64,000 nucleotides of DNA from assembly GCA_963726455.1 (NCBI GenBank), contig CAVSCK010000003.1, forward strand, positions 736,001 through 800,000, in the 5' to 3' direction. A program made the translations under genes and the position numbers. Shown here piece after piece: positions 39,187 through 49,828 of the stretch. Each line of letters begins with the position of its first letter. The stretch's first letter is position 1. The notes below the pieces were generated by a model. The model did no database searches. It had not been told where the DNA came from and saw nothing but the letters and a program-made list of their open reading frames with translations. This DNA is from an uncultured bacterium (GTDB lineage: Bacteria > Zixibacteria > MSB-5A5 > CAIYYT01).

Positions 39187-42100
39187 ATGACCATGGCCGC
39201 AATCAAATTACTGAAAGTTAACCTGACAACATCGGCTCTGCTCGCAGGCCTTTGCTGCCTAATAGGATTATCCTTCACGGCCTCATTGAGCGCGTCGCCT
39301 GCAATTCGACCCTTCGCTATTGACAAGGCATCGCACTCAGACTCCTATGTTCATGGGCGGCTGGATCACGCGGCTTTCGAGGCGCTGAAGATCGGACAGC
39401 AATCACAGTCGATAGAGCTTCAAATCAAGCAGAACGAATTTCTTACTCTCGACGTCGAGCGTTTCAATATTATTGACCCGAACGCACAATTCGTCATCGG
39501 TTCAAAGTCCGGTGATATCGCCACGCCGATTCCTGAAGTCTTGCTGTACCGTGGCACAGTTGGCGGCGACCCAAATACTCACGTCTTCCTCGCGTTCGCC
39601 GAGCATGGCTTTGCGAATGGATACGTCAGACTGGCTAGCGGAGAGACTTACTTCGTGTCACAATCGCCGGAAGAGGCGGCCAAGGGATGGGACGGAGAAC
39701 TGGTCATTCACAACCAAGAGGGTGGGCTCGACCTTCCCGACGGCGTCGAGTTCTGTGGCGTAAAATTGCCTGCGGGATATATACCTCCGGAAATTTCAAG
39801 AGACGAGAGCTCCTTCATACGCGGATTGCGGCTGGGAGCCATCGCTGTCGAGGGAGACCAGCTTTACTACCAGTTGTTCAACAGCACACCCGCAGCACAA
39901 AGCTACATTCTGACGGTAATCGGCGCAGTCAATGACATCTACATGCGCGACCTAAAACTCAAACTGCTGGTCAAATTCATGCGCCTGTGGCCGACCGGCG
40001 CGCCTTTCAACGCTAACGACCTGTGGGGGTTCGAATCCTACTGGCAGTCGCAGATGAATCCCGATCCTTACAACATCATCGATATGTTCAGCGGCCAGCG
40101 CGACATGAGTTACGGCGGCGTTTCGTTTGTCTCCGGCACCTGCAGCCCGGGACGGACCTATTGCATCACGGGATTTCTTAACGGCAGTTTCCCAAATCCC
40201 ATGACGACCCCGAGCATCAGCAACTGGGATGTTATCGTCGTAGCCCATGAGATGGGACACGCTCTGGGAACTTATCACACTCACGACGGCTATACCCCTC
40301 CGATTGACAACTGCGGCAATGGCGTTCCGTCTCGCGGAACAATTATGAGCTACTGCCACGTATTCGCCGGGTACACCTCCAACACCGACCTGTTTATGCA
40401 CCGTCTGGTGGAACAAGTTATCAACGCGGACCTGAACTCGGGCGGCTGCATGCCGTTCGATTGTAACGGCAATGACACATCTGACGTAACCGATATCGCC
40501 ACCGGCCGATCACACGATGTCAACGGCGACGGCGTTCCCGATGAGTGCCAGGACTGTAATGCCAACGGCGTTGCTGACTGGCTCGACATCGAGGATGGCG
40601 CCGCTGATGTCAACGGCAACGGGATTCCAGACCTGTGTGAAACTGATTGCAATTCCAATCTGATTCCCGATAGCTGGGAGATTTCCAACGGTATGGTGGC
40701 GGATGCCGATGGCAACGACCGCCCGGACGGTTGTGACCCAGACTGCAATGCCAACGGCACGCCGGATTTCGCCGAAGTTGCAGACGGAACAGTGGACGAT
40801 TACGACCGCAACAACGTACCGGATATATGTCAGGACTGCGACGGCAACAGCGTTTCCGATTGGATTGACATGCAGCGGCAATACAACCTCTATGTCGCCG
40901 ACCAGAGCAACTGGGTTCGCGAATTCCACGCCGTCTCGGGCTATCCAATTCAGAACCTGGCAGCGGGACTGGTCAACAATCCCTCCGACGTCGCCTTTGG
41001 CTCAGACCGGCAACTGTACATCGCCAATACAGGCGGAAACAACATTCTTCGGCTCAATGTCGACAACAACACGATCACAGCGTTTGTGCCCGCGGGAAGC
41101 GGCGGGTTGTCGAGCCCAAGCGGAGTAGCATTCGGTCCCGACGGCTTCCTCTATGTATCAAGCCGTGGCACCAACAGCGTTGTCAAATACAACGGAGCGA
41201 CGGGCGCTCTTGTCGGAACCTTCGTGGCGTCCGGCTCAGGCGGCCTCTCGCAACCATACGGGCTGGCATTCGGCCCCAACGGCGATCTGTATGTCACCAG
41301 CTCCAATAATCAGGTGTTAGAATACAGCGGCACGACCGGCGTTTTTGTCAAGATTGTGGTGACGACCGGTTCGGGCGGACTGAGTTCGCCACGGAGCATT
41401 GCGTTTCTGAGTGCGTATAGCATGCTGGTAACCAGTTATGGCAGCAATCAGATTCTTCTGTATAGTCTGTTCACCGGTACCTTCTCGAGAGTTTTCAATG
41501 ATGTACAGGCGCCTGAAGATCCGTGGGATATAGTGATTGGTCCCAACGGCGATGTCTTCGTCACGGAAAACTATAAGGGCGGCGTGGTCCCGCAAGTGAT
41601 TGAGTATGTCCCCAGCGGACGTTTTTACCGTCGTTTCGTACGCGGCACCAACAGCGGACTCGTCAATCCGACGGGCATAGCATTTCGACCGCAGGCACTT
41701 ACCGACTGCAACGGCAACAAACGGCTCGACTTGTGCGACATTGCTGCCGGCTTCTCTCTCGACATAAATCATGACCAGATTCCGGATGAATGCCAGGGAA
41801 ATGACCTGGACAATGACGGCGTTCCGAATGCCAGTGACAACTGTCCGGCAACGCCTAATCCCGCGCAGTTGGACAGCGATAACGACGGAATCGGAGATGC
41901 TTGCGATATTTGCGCAACTATCTACAATCCGACTCAGGCGGATGTTGACGGTGACAGCGTCGGTAATGAATGCGACAACTGCCCCAACGACTATAACAAG
42001 GATCAGGCCAACGCTGACGGAGATGCCTACGGTGACGTCTGCGACGTCTGCACCGACACCGACCACGATGGCTTCGGCAACCCGGGCTATCCTGCGAATC

Positions 42101-42462
42101 TCTGTCCGCCCGACAACTGCCCCACCGTGGCAAATGCGTCGCAATATGACAGTGATAACGATGGTGTAGGTGATGCCTGTGACAATTGTCCGTATATCGC
42201 CAATCCGAATCAGGCGGACGCTAACCACAATGGTATCGGAGATGCTTGTGATTACGTCTGTGGTGATGCCGATGGTTCGGCGGGTATTGACATTTCAGAT
42301 GCTGTCCGAATAATTGGCTACATTTTCGCTGGTGCGGAAGCCCCCAACCCGCTGATGTCGGCTGACGCCAACTGCGATAACGCCGTCGATATCTCAGACG
42401 CCGTATATTTGATAAGCTATATCTTCGCGGGTGGGTCCCAGCCGTGCGCCGGGTGCAAATAG
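39187..42462 (+). CDS. secreted M12B/reprolysin-like metallopeptidase with DCN.NG repeats, NHL beta-propeller, TSP3 repeats and dockerin
   Basis: HEMGHALGTYH, TIMSY; FGPDG.LYV repeats; D.D.DG.GD.CDNC; CGDADGSAGIDISDAV. Confidence 0.9.
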   Translation: MTMAAIKLLKVNLTTSALLAGLCCLIGLSFTASLSASPAIRPFAIDKASHSDSYVHGRLDHAAFEALKIGQQSQSIELQIKQNEFLTLDVERFNIIDPNAQFVIGSKSGDIATPIPEVLLYRGTVGGDPNTHVFLAFAEHGFANGYVRLASGETYFVSQSPEEAAKGWDGELVIHNQEGGLDLPDGVEFCGVKLPAGYIPPEISRDESSFIRGLRLGAIAVEGDQLYYQLFNSTPAAQSYILTVIGAVNDIYMRDLKLKLLVKFMRLWPTGAPFNANDLWGFESYWQSQMNPDPYNIIDMFSGQRDMSYGGVSFVSGTCSPGRTYCITGFLNGSFPNPMTTPSISNWDVIVVAHEMGHALGTYHTHDGYTPPIDNCGNGVPSRGTIMSYCHVFAGYTSNTDLFMHRLVEQVINADLNSGGCMPFDCNGNDTSDVTDIATGRSHDVNGDGVPDECQDCNANGVADWLDIEDGAADVNGNGIPDLCETDCNSNLIPDSWEISNGMVADADGNDRPDGCDPDCNANGTPDFAEVADGTVDDYDRNNVPDICQDCDGNSVSDWIDMQRQYNLYVADQSNWVREFHAVSGYPIQNLAAGLVNNPSDVAFGSDRQLYIANTGGNNILRLNVDNNTITAFVPAGSGGLSSPSGVAFGPDGFLYVSSRGTNSVVKYNGATGALVGTFVASGSGGLSQPYGLAFGPNGDLYVTSSNNQVLEYSGTTGVFVKIVVTTGSGGLSSPRSIAFLSAYSMLVTSYGSNQILLYSLFTGTFSRVFNDVQAPEDPWDIVIGPNGDVFVTENYKGGVVPQVIEYVPSGRFYRRFVRGTNSGLVNPTGIAFRPQALTDCNGNKRLDLCDIAAGFSLDINHDQIPDECQGNDLDNDGVPNASDNCPATPNPAQLDSDNDGIGDACDICATIYNPTQADVDGDSVGNECDNCPNDYNKDQANADGDAYGDVCDVCTDTDHDGFGNPGYPANLCPPDNCPTVANASQYDSDNDGVGDACDNCPYIANPNQADANHNGIGDACDYVCGDADGSAGIDISDAVRIIGYIFAGAEAPNPLMSADANCDNAVDISDAVYLISYIFAGGSQPCAGCK

Positions 42463-42472
42463 GCGGAAGCGA

Positions 42473-43900
42473 TTACTTCTTGAGGTTGATGACCAGGAGT
42501 TTGGTCTCGGTCATGTCTTCGATGGCGTAGCGAACTCCTTCACGCTGCATGCCGGAATCTTTGACGCCGCCGTAGGGCATCTGATCAGCCCGGTAAGTGG
42601 GTACATCGTTGATTATCACGCCGCCGGTCTGAATTTCTTCATAGGCATACATGATATCGTCAAGCCGGTTGGTGAATGCACCGGCCTGTAGTCCATAGAT
42701 CGAGTTGTTGATCTCAGCCACGGCCTGCTTGAATTCCCGATATTTTGCGATCGACACCAGCGGGGCGAATACCTCGTTCGCGCAAACTTTCATGTCCGAG
42801 GTTACACCGGCAAGGATTGTCGGCATCAACACGCCATCTTGGACATTTCCGCCACAAACGATCTTGCTGCCTTTCGCTACGGCCTCGTCAATCCACGCTT
42901 TGACTTTCGCTGTGGATTGAGAATCAACCATGGCGCTGATGTCCGCGTCCTCCGCCAGTGGGGAACCGATCTTCAGTCCCTTCACGATGGCCGAGAGTCT
43001 GTTTATGAATTCGTCATAAATCTTGTCGTGCACAAAAACGCGTTGCACTGATATGCAGGATTGGCCATTGCTGGAGAAACCACCGAACAGCAAGCGCTTG
43101 ACCGCCAGATCGAGATCGGCATCATCAGCAATAATCACACCCGCGTTGCCGCCAAGCTCAAGGACGATCTTCTTCTTCCCGCAATGCTGTTTGAGATGCC
43201 AACCGACTTCAGCCGAACCGGTAAACGAAACGAGCTTGACCCGCTCATCTTCGAGAAGTGCAGCCGCATCCGACGATGAGCCGGGCAATATACTGACCGC
43301 GCCCTTCGGCAAGTCAGTCTGGTCAATTATCTCTGCCAACATTAGTGCGATAATCGGGGTCTTTGACGCTGGTTTGAGGACTATTGTATTCCCCGCCGCG
43401 ATCGCCGGCCCGATCTTGTGTGCAATCAGGTTGATCGGGAAGTTAAAGGGTGTGATTCCGGCAATCACACCGATCGGGAATCGCCGCACGATTCCGGTGC
43501 GCTGCTCGTGGCCGGGAAGCCAGTCGAGGTCGAGAACTTGCCCACCGATGCGTTTGGACTCCTCGGCCGAAACACGAAACGTGCTGACGGAGCGAGCCAC
43601 TTCAGCGCGCGAATCACGAATCACTTTCCCCATTTCCAAAGACACCGAGCGCGCGAGTTTCTCCGCATTGCTTTCGACACCGGACGCAATTTGATGCAAA
43701 ATCTTCTCACGCTGGTAAGATGCCAACTTCCGCATTTGCAGAAATGCCTGTTCGGCCAGATCAATGGCCTTGGTATAATCCTGCCTTGAGGCGGAACAGA
43801 CTCTGCCGACCACCGATCCGTCATAGGGGCAGGTTACTTCAATCGTTCTGTCGGAAGTTACCCAGGCGCCGCCCAGGTACATCTTGTGCGGTTCGTTCAT
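42473..43900 (-). CDS. aldehyde dehydrogenase family protein
   Basis: ITPFNFP, FTGS, LELGGN, GQSC, EVFAP, PYGGVKDSG. Confidence 0.96.
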   Translation of the reverse strand: MNEPHKMYLGGAWVTSDRTIEVTCPYDGSVVGRVCSASRQDYTKAIDLAEQAFLQMRKLASYQREKILHQIASGVESNAEKLARSVSLEMGKVIRDSRAEVARSVSTFRVSAEESKRIGGQVLDLDWLPGHEQRTGIVRRFPIGVIAGITPFNFPINLIAHKIGPAIAAGNTIVLKPASKTPIIALMLAEIIDQTDLPKGAVSILPGSSSDAAALLEDERVKLVSFTGSAEVGWHLKQHCGKKKIVLELGGNAGVIIADDADLDLAVKRLLFGGFSSNGQSCISVQRVFVHDKIYDEFINRLSAIVKGLKIGSPLAEDADISAMVDSQSTAKVKAWIDEAVAKGSKIVCGGNVQDGVLMPTILAGVTSDMKVCANEVFAPLVSIAKYREFKQAVAEINNSIYGLQAGAFTNRLDDIMYAYEEIQTGGVIINDVPTYRADQMPYGGVKDSGMQREGVRYAIEDMTETKLLVINLKK

Positions 43901-43944
43901 ATCGTTGCAACGCCAGTCTGAGTCGGCGAATCTGAGGGAGAATT

Positions 43945-44436
43945 CTACTTACCCGCCGACGCGATCATTTCCTCAACACTACGAACGTGTCCGAGCTCGA
44001 AGTTCGCAAGATAATCGAAAGTTTTTCGCAGATCGGCGGCAGCTGCCACTTTGGCCGCGTCCGAATAGAGAGCGTAAGCTTCCTTCTCCAACTCCAGCGC
44101 AATCTGCAACACATCCATCATCGCGCTCGCTTTGCGAAGGCGCTCGATCCGCTTGACATGCTTTTCGCCCATCGACTCATCAATCTCCGGAAGCCCTTCG
44201 CGGCTCATAATGTCGCGATAGGTAACCCATTTCTCGGAACGGACGTACTGGTCATAATGATGTTCGAGAGTGAGAAAATGCTTTCGCTCTTCACCGGCGA
44301 AATGCAGCATCGTTTCTTTCACTTTGCCTTCGCCGACCTTGCCCGATCCAACTTTATAGAATACGTAAGCCGCAATTTCGGCCTGAATGCCCATCGTAAT
44401 GTAGTTCATTACTTCCGCGCTGATTTGCTCTGCCAT
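43945..44436 (-). CDS. ferritin-like/rubrerythrin family protein
   Basis: E...FY / EERKH and E..AY / FELGH di-iron motifs. Confidence 0.88.
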   Translation of the reverse strand: MAEQISAEVMNYITMGIQAEIAAYVFYKVGSGKVGEGKVKETMLHFAGEERKHFLTLEHHYDQYVRSEKWVTYRDIMSREGLPEIDESMGEKHVKRIERLRKASAMMDVLQIALELEKEAYALYSDAAKVAAAADLRKTFDYLANFELGHVRSVEEMIASAGK

Positions 44437-44583
44437 TTTCGCTCCTCACTTTCTGCGCATCATTTCGACCGCCAAGATAAGGACAATGCCGATCTAGTCA
44501 AGCGCTTTCCCGATCTGTATTGACGCGGCTAATCTGTCATTCATACATAGCAACTTTGGGGTTTCGGAAGGGCAGAATTGAGA

Positions 44584-45636
44584 TCAGGGAGCCACGCGTT
44601 CGTAGTTCTTCGCATTAAATAGATGAAGCGCTTCGGGTTTGAATTCAACATGGACATTCGATCCCTGTTCGGACATCTCGCCGCCGCCCCGCGCGATCAC
44701 CGGCTGATCACCAATGCGGCCGAAAATATAGGTCACGGAGCCGTGAAATTCCATGCGCTCAACTGTCAAAGGCGTTCCTTTTGAGCTCGCCGAGACGGTC
44801 AGATCGTCCGGCCTGATTCCGATGAGATATTCACCTTCGGCAACGTCCAGTTTGCCAGCCGGCTCGGAAACCGAATTGAATGTCACAACTCCTCCGCTAA
44901 TTCTGCCGCGAAGTATGTTGATTGGGGGTGAGCCGATGAAGCGTGCCGTAAAGACATTCGCCGGCCGACGATAGACGCAATCCGGCGTACCCTGCTGCAT
45001 GATTCTGCCTTTCTCCAGCACCACCAGCGAATCGGCCATCGTCATGGCTTCGGTCTGGTCATGAGTCACATAAATCATCGTCTTGCCCAGGCGGCGCTGC
45101 AGTGATTTTATTTCACCGCGCATCTGGTTACGTAATTGGAAGTCGAGGTTCGATAGCGGTTCATCAAACAGGAACAGACGTGGATCACGAATGATCGCCC
45201 GGCCCACGGCCGTGCGCTGACGTTCGCCGCCTGAAAGCGTTTTCGGGTAACGGTCGAGCATGGAAGTCAGGCCAAGCAGATTCGCCGCGACTCCGACTTT
45301 ATCGTCTATTTGTTGCTTCTCCACTTTGGCGACACTTAACGGAAACGCCAAATTCTCTCGAACCGTCAAGTGCGGATAGAGGGCATAGTTCTGAAACACC
45401 ATCGCCACATTGCGTTTTCTCGGTTCCACGGTCGTGATATCCTCGCCGTCGACAATGATTGAACCCGCATCAGGTGATTCCAGTCCGGCGATCAATCGCA
45501 ACAAGGTCGATTTGCCGCAACCCGACGGACCTAGTAATACGGTCAATTTGCCGGATTCGATCGTCAGGTTGAGTCGCGGGATTACCTGATTGTTGTCGAA
45601 ACTCTTGACGATGTCTCTTAGCTCGACGTAGCTCAT
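44584..45636 (-). CDS. ABC transporter ATP-binding protein (MalK/UgpC type)
   Basis: GPSGCGKST, LSGGERQR, DEPLSNLD, YVTHDQ.EAM. Confidence 0.96.
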   Translation of the reverse strand: MSYVELRDIVKSFDNNQVIPRLNLTIESGKLTVLLGPSGCGKSTLLRLIAGLESPDAGSIIVDGEDITTVEPRKRNVAMVFQNYALYPHLTVRENLAFPLSVAKVEKQQIDDKVGVAANLLGLTSMLDRYPKTLSGGERQRTAVGRAIIRDPRLFLFDEPLSNLDFQLRNQMRGEIKSLQRRLGKTMIYVTHDQTEAMTMADSLVVLEKGRIMQQGTPDCVYRRPANVFTARFIGSPPINILRGRISGGVVTFNSVSEPAGKLDVAEGEYLIGIRPDDLTVSASSKGTPLTVERMEFHGSVTYIFGRIGDQPVIARGGGEMSEQGSNVHVEFKPEALHLFNAKNYERVAP

Positions 45637-45657
45637 TTTAGTCTCGCAGGCTGCGAT

Positions 45658-47790
45658 CTACTGCTTGAAAATAAACATCTCATTGACGGTTCCAGTATCG
45701 GAGTCAATACCAAGGCCGTAGTTGCCAAATCCGAAATTCTTCGAGTCGCGCGCCGGTCTGAACCAGGTCGCATTATCTCCGCACCCGCTTCGAGTCTGAG
45801 TTGTCTTGGTGGAATCAACATAATCCAGATACCGATCCTTTCCCCCGACGTCGATCAGCACACCGTATGACTGCGCATACCATGTAAACGGCACCGTGGG
45901 TCGCGGTGTGCGGTAGTCGTCGCGAAAAGACGCATCGCCCATTCCGTCGGTTCCGGCATTAAGTTGGTAAAGATCGTCACCGCCGAAGTCAAACAGGAAG
46001 GAATTCGAACGAATCTGAGCGTTGGCAATGGAAATGATCTTGCCGGTATAAGAGTCATTTCCCGCCCAATCGACCATCAGAGTGACAGCAAAGTCCCACC
46101 CGAACGAAAGGCCAGCGCCCGCCGTTTCGAATAATTCGTGCTTGTCGTTCCCTGATTCATCAAACAGTGCTCCGATACAGTAATGTGCCCCCGACGCCTG
46201 CGTGAAATAGCAGCTTCGGTAAACGTCATTGCCGGCGACATCGTAAAGAACTCCGATGCCGAACCAATAACCGACGCCCAGCGTCCAGTTGCCGGAGTAG
46301 TATTCATCGTCACCGTTACAATCTATCAACGCACCCAAACCACCGGCCCAACTATGTCCGTCGGAACCATCGCCGCGCCGTCCACCGCCCCAGCCCTGCG
46401 CATTGTTGGCGTTGATCTTTCCCTGCGAATGATAATCTCCCCTGTTGTTTACGCTCGCAAACGGTTCCGCAGTGTAATGGTCGTTGCCGGAATAGTCGAC
46501 CAAAACTCCGATACCGCCACCGACACCGCCGACGCCCTGTCCGTCGCCCGCGAGATAGTAGGTGTCATCTCCCTCGCGATCAACCAGCATGCCGACGCCA
46601 AAATACCCGCAACCCTGTCCCGAAACCGTTAGGCGATAATCGTCCTTGCCCGCGAAATCGCAAATAACGCCTGTGCCAAAGATCCCCACTCCTTGTGAGA
46701 GTCGCTCGGCACGATATACGTCATCGCCATCGACGTCGACGCAGATGCCGATTCCGCAACCGCCGTATCCAAACTGGCGTGATGTCGTGCTATCACCATA
46801 AACATCGTTGCCGCCAAGATCGACCAGTACGCTGATCGGCAATTGTGGCTTGCTTCCACCACCCGCCAGATATCTATCGTTGCCGCCGAAATCGCAGATT
46901 AACAGAAAGTCCCCCGCAGCTACAAAGTCATCACTTGAGCCATTAACTAATACCATTCCGAGTGGTGTGGCGATACGAAATTTGATGTTCTTGCCGCGAT
47001 CGCGTAGCGGCTTGAGCTTCTTGGCCGCAATATCGGTCGCGGCCGTCGCCTTGAAAGACGCATATACCAGTGACTGCCAGTCAATCAGGCGGGCGCAGTC
47101 ATCGAATTGCGGATAATACACCTGGCCATCGCCTTGCGTGGCGTCAAGATCGTTGATCCGGTCAAGCTCCTCGACAATCTTGTCGGGCACGTTGCGAAAT
47201 GCCAATTGACGGTACTTGTATGCGTCCAGAAGATTGACCAGCCAGACGGCAAGAATCTGTTGAATTTGCGGGTCAATTCCGGCCGCTAAACTGTCAAATT
47301 CCTTCACTGAGACATTGCCGTCGCTCTTACTGCCGAAGGTTCGGTATTCCATATCAGCGCCGCAGGCCGCATATATTCGCTCGATAGCGGTCAGCAACGG
47401 TTTCGACGAAGCCACCGTGTCGATCAGATTGGCAGAGTAGTTGCGGAATCCGCCGATTTTGCGCTCCCAGCACAAGGAATAGCTCATTTGATACAACGAC
47501 GAATTCGAAACATTCCAGAAGATGGAGTCGACCATTAGTTGCATCGCTGAGCTTTTCATTGACTGGCTGTAGTCATAGACCTTCAGCGGCTCGGCCAGCA
47601 GATCGTCAAAGGCCGGTAATTTGTAAGGGATTTCGTACGGGTACCGGTTCCAATAACCTTTCGGGCGGTATCCGAGGTCTGCCTTGGTCTTGCCGACAGA
47701 GGACAACGCTTGATCCAGCAAGTCACCGCAAATCGCGGGCTGCACTAAGAACAAAATCAGACTGATCAATATGACTCGACGAATCGGCAT
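45658..47790 (-). CDS. secreted hypothetical protein with ~12 D-x-x-G-x-D-x-Y repeats
   Basis: Signal peptide; DFGGNDRY, DLGGNDVY, DVDGDDVY, DFAGKDDY, DREGDDTY and others. Confidence 0.8.
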   Translation of the reverse strand: MPIRRVILISLILFLVQPAICGDLLDQALSSVGKTKADLGYRPKGYWNRYPYEIPYKLPAFDDLLAEPLKVYDYSQSMKSSAMQLMVDSIFWNVSNSSLYQMSYSLCWERKIGGFRNYSANLIDTVASSKPLLTAIERIYAACGADMEYRTFGSKSDGNVSVKEFDSLAAGIDPQIQQILAVWLVNLLDAYKYRQLAFRNVPDKIVEELDRINDLDATQGDGQVYYPQFDDCARLIDWQSLVYASFKATAATDIAAKKLKPLRDRGKNIKFRIATPLGMVLVNGSSDDFVAAGDFLLICDFGGNDRYLAGGGSKPQLPISVLVDLGGNDVYGDSTTSRQFGYGGCGIGICVDVDGDDVYRAERLSQGVGIFGTGVICDFAGKDDYRLTVSGQGCGYFGVGMLVDREGDDTYYLAGDGQGVGGVGGGIGVLVDYSGNDHYTAEPFASVNNRGDYHSQGKINANNAQGWGGGRRGDGSDGHSWAGGLGALIDCNGDDEYYSGNWTLGVGYWFGIGVLYDVAGNDVYRSCYFTQASGAHYCIGALFDESGNDKHELFETAGAGLSFGWDFAVTLMVDWAGNDSYTGKIISIANAQIRSNSFLFDFGGDDLYQLNAGTDGMGDASFRDDYRTPRPTVPFTWYAQSYGVLIDVGGKDRYLDYVDSTKTTQTRSGCGDNATWFRPARDSKNFGFGNYGLGIDSDTGTVNEMFIFKQ

Positions 47791-47930
47791 CCTATTCCCT
47801 CCGGTGTTGAGGCAATCTAGTTGATAGCGAAAGCTGCGACAACCAGAAACCTGATGTGATCGGCAGCCCAGAGCGCGATCTCTCAAGATTTTTTGTTGTC
47901 CGCTCCGGTCTATGTCGTAAAATGGTACCT

Positions 47931-48347
47931 ATGGCTACGTACAAACGACAATTTCAGGTGCGTCTGCATGATACCGATGCGGCGGGAATTTTGTTCTTCG
48001 CCAATCAATTCCTGTTTGCCCATGACACCTATGAGGAATTCATGCAGCATATTGGTGTCTCAATCGAGTCGGTACTTCGCAGCGAAGATTTTATCATTCC
48101 CATTGTTCATGCCGAATCCCAGTATTTGTTGCCGTTGCACGACGGCGACCAGCTTGCTATTGTTCTGAAGATTGCCCGGATTGGGCGGACCTCGTTCGTA
48201 CTGGAGTACGAATTATTCAATTCCGAAGGACATCTTGCCGGCGCCTCCAAGACTGTTCACGTAACCGCGAAGAAGCTCACCCAGGAAAAGATCGAACTTC
48301 CGAAGAAGCTTCGGCTGGCATTAGAAGCTTTCCAATCTGCCCCTTAG
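47931..48347 (+). CDS. 4HBT-type thioesterase, likely DHNA-CoA hydrolase
   Basis: VRLHDTDAAGILFFAN, PIVHAE; adjacent to the men operon. Confidence 0.85.
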   Translation: MATYKRQFQVRLHDTDAAGILFFANQFLFAHDTYEEFMQHIGVSIESVLRSEDFIIPIVHAESQYLLPLHDGDQLAIVLKIARIGRTSFVLEYELFNSEGHLAGASKTVHVTAKKLTQEKIELPKKLRLALEAFQSAP

Positions 48348-49828
48348 CTCCCTCTCTTCTCGCAGTAAAGTGTCAAGAGCTTCGACTTGTCGATCTTGTC
48401 GATGCCTATACGTGGTAGTGTATCTACGCGAATTATTGCCTCGGGGACTTTGAAGCCGGGCATACGTTCGCGCAGAAAGCTTCTCATTTCAACAACTACG
48501 CCAGAGTTTTCGGTAGTTGACTCGAAGAATAGCACCGGCCTCTGACCCCACTTTTCATCTGGCACACCAATTACTGCACACGCTGTGACACCCGGAAACG
48601 ACTCGGCGACAACTTCAATTTCCCTCGGGAATATATTCTCACCTCCAGACACCAACATGTCATCCTTGCGTCCCTGAACTGTGAGATACCCGTCCCCTTC
48701 CAGACTTCCCATGTCGCCCGTACGAAACCAGCCATCTCCATCGAAGGTACGGGATCCCTCGTCTCCGAGATAACCCTTGAACAGGACTTCGCCCCTGATC
48801 GCGATTTCGCCGATGGTCCCCTGAGCGCACGTTGCACCCTTATCATCGACTATCTTCACTTCGCGATACCTGAGCGGCCTTCCAACAGTATCCAGTCGGT
48901 CAGAGCCGTCTCGAAGACTGAGCGTACAAATCTGAGAGGCCGCTTCAGTCAATCCGTAGCTTGTCAAGATTGGTAATTTCTGTTTTCGACATTTGTCCAG
49001 CAAATTCATCGGTATCGGTGCGCCGCCAAGCAGAATTGTCTTGAGCGTTTGGGGCAGTGGCCGTCCTTGTCTCTCGCGTAGTAAACCGGCCAGCATTTGC
49101 GGCACGAGTGACAGATGCGTTACCTTCCCGGTATCGATCTGCGAATTGGTCTCTTTCATTTCAAAGTGTTCGGCAATCCTCATCGCGGCGCCACCCAGGA
49201 GCGTTCGGAACACAATCGAGATTCCGCCGACATGAAAAAGCGGCAGCGACAACAGCCAGCAATCACCGGGAAACAGAGGTATATTCTCATTGGAACCGAG
49301 GGCGTTGAAGTAATGATTACCGTAACTTAGAATCACTCCCTTGGGCTCTCCGGAGGAGCCGGAGGTTAAAACTATCGTCGCCTCCCGATCGGTTTCGATC
49401 TCAGTCGGAATTTCTTCCACAGGTTGAACTTCTCTCAGAGGATTGCGAGAATCTTGGCCGCCAATTGTGTACACAGGCACCGAGCTATGCTTGAAATCTT
49501 CGCCAGTGTGCACACCCGTGAGCAGCATTTTGACGTGAGCGAGTTCAATTTGAGTCTGCCAGCTTTTCGGATTAAGCCGCCGGTTGAGTGGCACGACCGA
49601 CGCGCCGATTCGCGGCAGTGACAATAGAGCCAGAACATACTCAAGCGAATTCGGGGCGAGTATCGCCACGCGGTCACACTTATCGATTCCGAGTTGGCGA
49701 AACAGCTGCGCCTGCCCAACGACTCGACTTTCGAGCTCGGAAAACGATGTGGCTGAGTCCCCGGAATTGATGGCGATCTCCTTCGGCCATCGCGCCGCCG
49801 CATCGTGCACGGGACAGGTAATAATCAC
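48344..49828 (-). CDS. menE: O-succinylbenzoate-CoA ligase
   Basis: TSGSSGEPKG, SYGLTEAASQ, GRKDDMLVSGGENI. Confidence 0.93.
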   Translation of the reverse strand: MIITCPVHDAAARWPKEIAINSGDSATSFSELESRVVGQAQLFRQLGIDKCDRVAILAPNSLEYVLALLSLPRIGASVVPLNRRLNPKSWQTQIELAHVKMLLTGVHTGEDFKHSSVPVYTIGGQDSRNPLREVQPVEEIPTEIETDREATIVLTSGSSGEPKGVILSYGNHYFNALGSNENIPLFPGDCWLLSLPLFHVGGISIVFRTLLGGAAMRIAEHFEMKETNSQIDTGKVTHLSLVPQMLAGLLRERQGRPLPQTLKTILLGGAPIPMNLLDKCRKQKLPILTSYGLTEAASQICTLSLRDGSDRLDTVGRPLRYREVKIVDDKGATCAQGTIGEIAIRGEVLFKGYLGDEGSRTFDGDGWFRTGDMGSLEGDGYLTVQGRKDDMLVSGGENIFPREIEVVAESFPGVTACAVIGVPDEKWGQRPVLFFESTTENSGVVVEMRSFLRERMPGFKVPEAIIRVDTLPRIGIDKIDKSKLLTLYCEKRGS

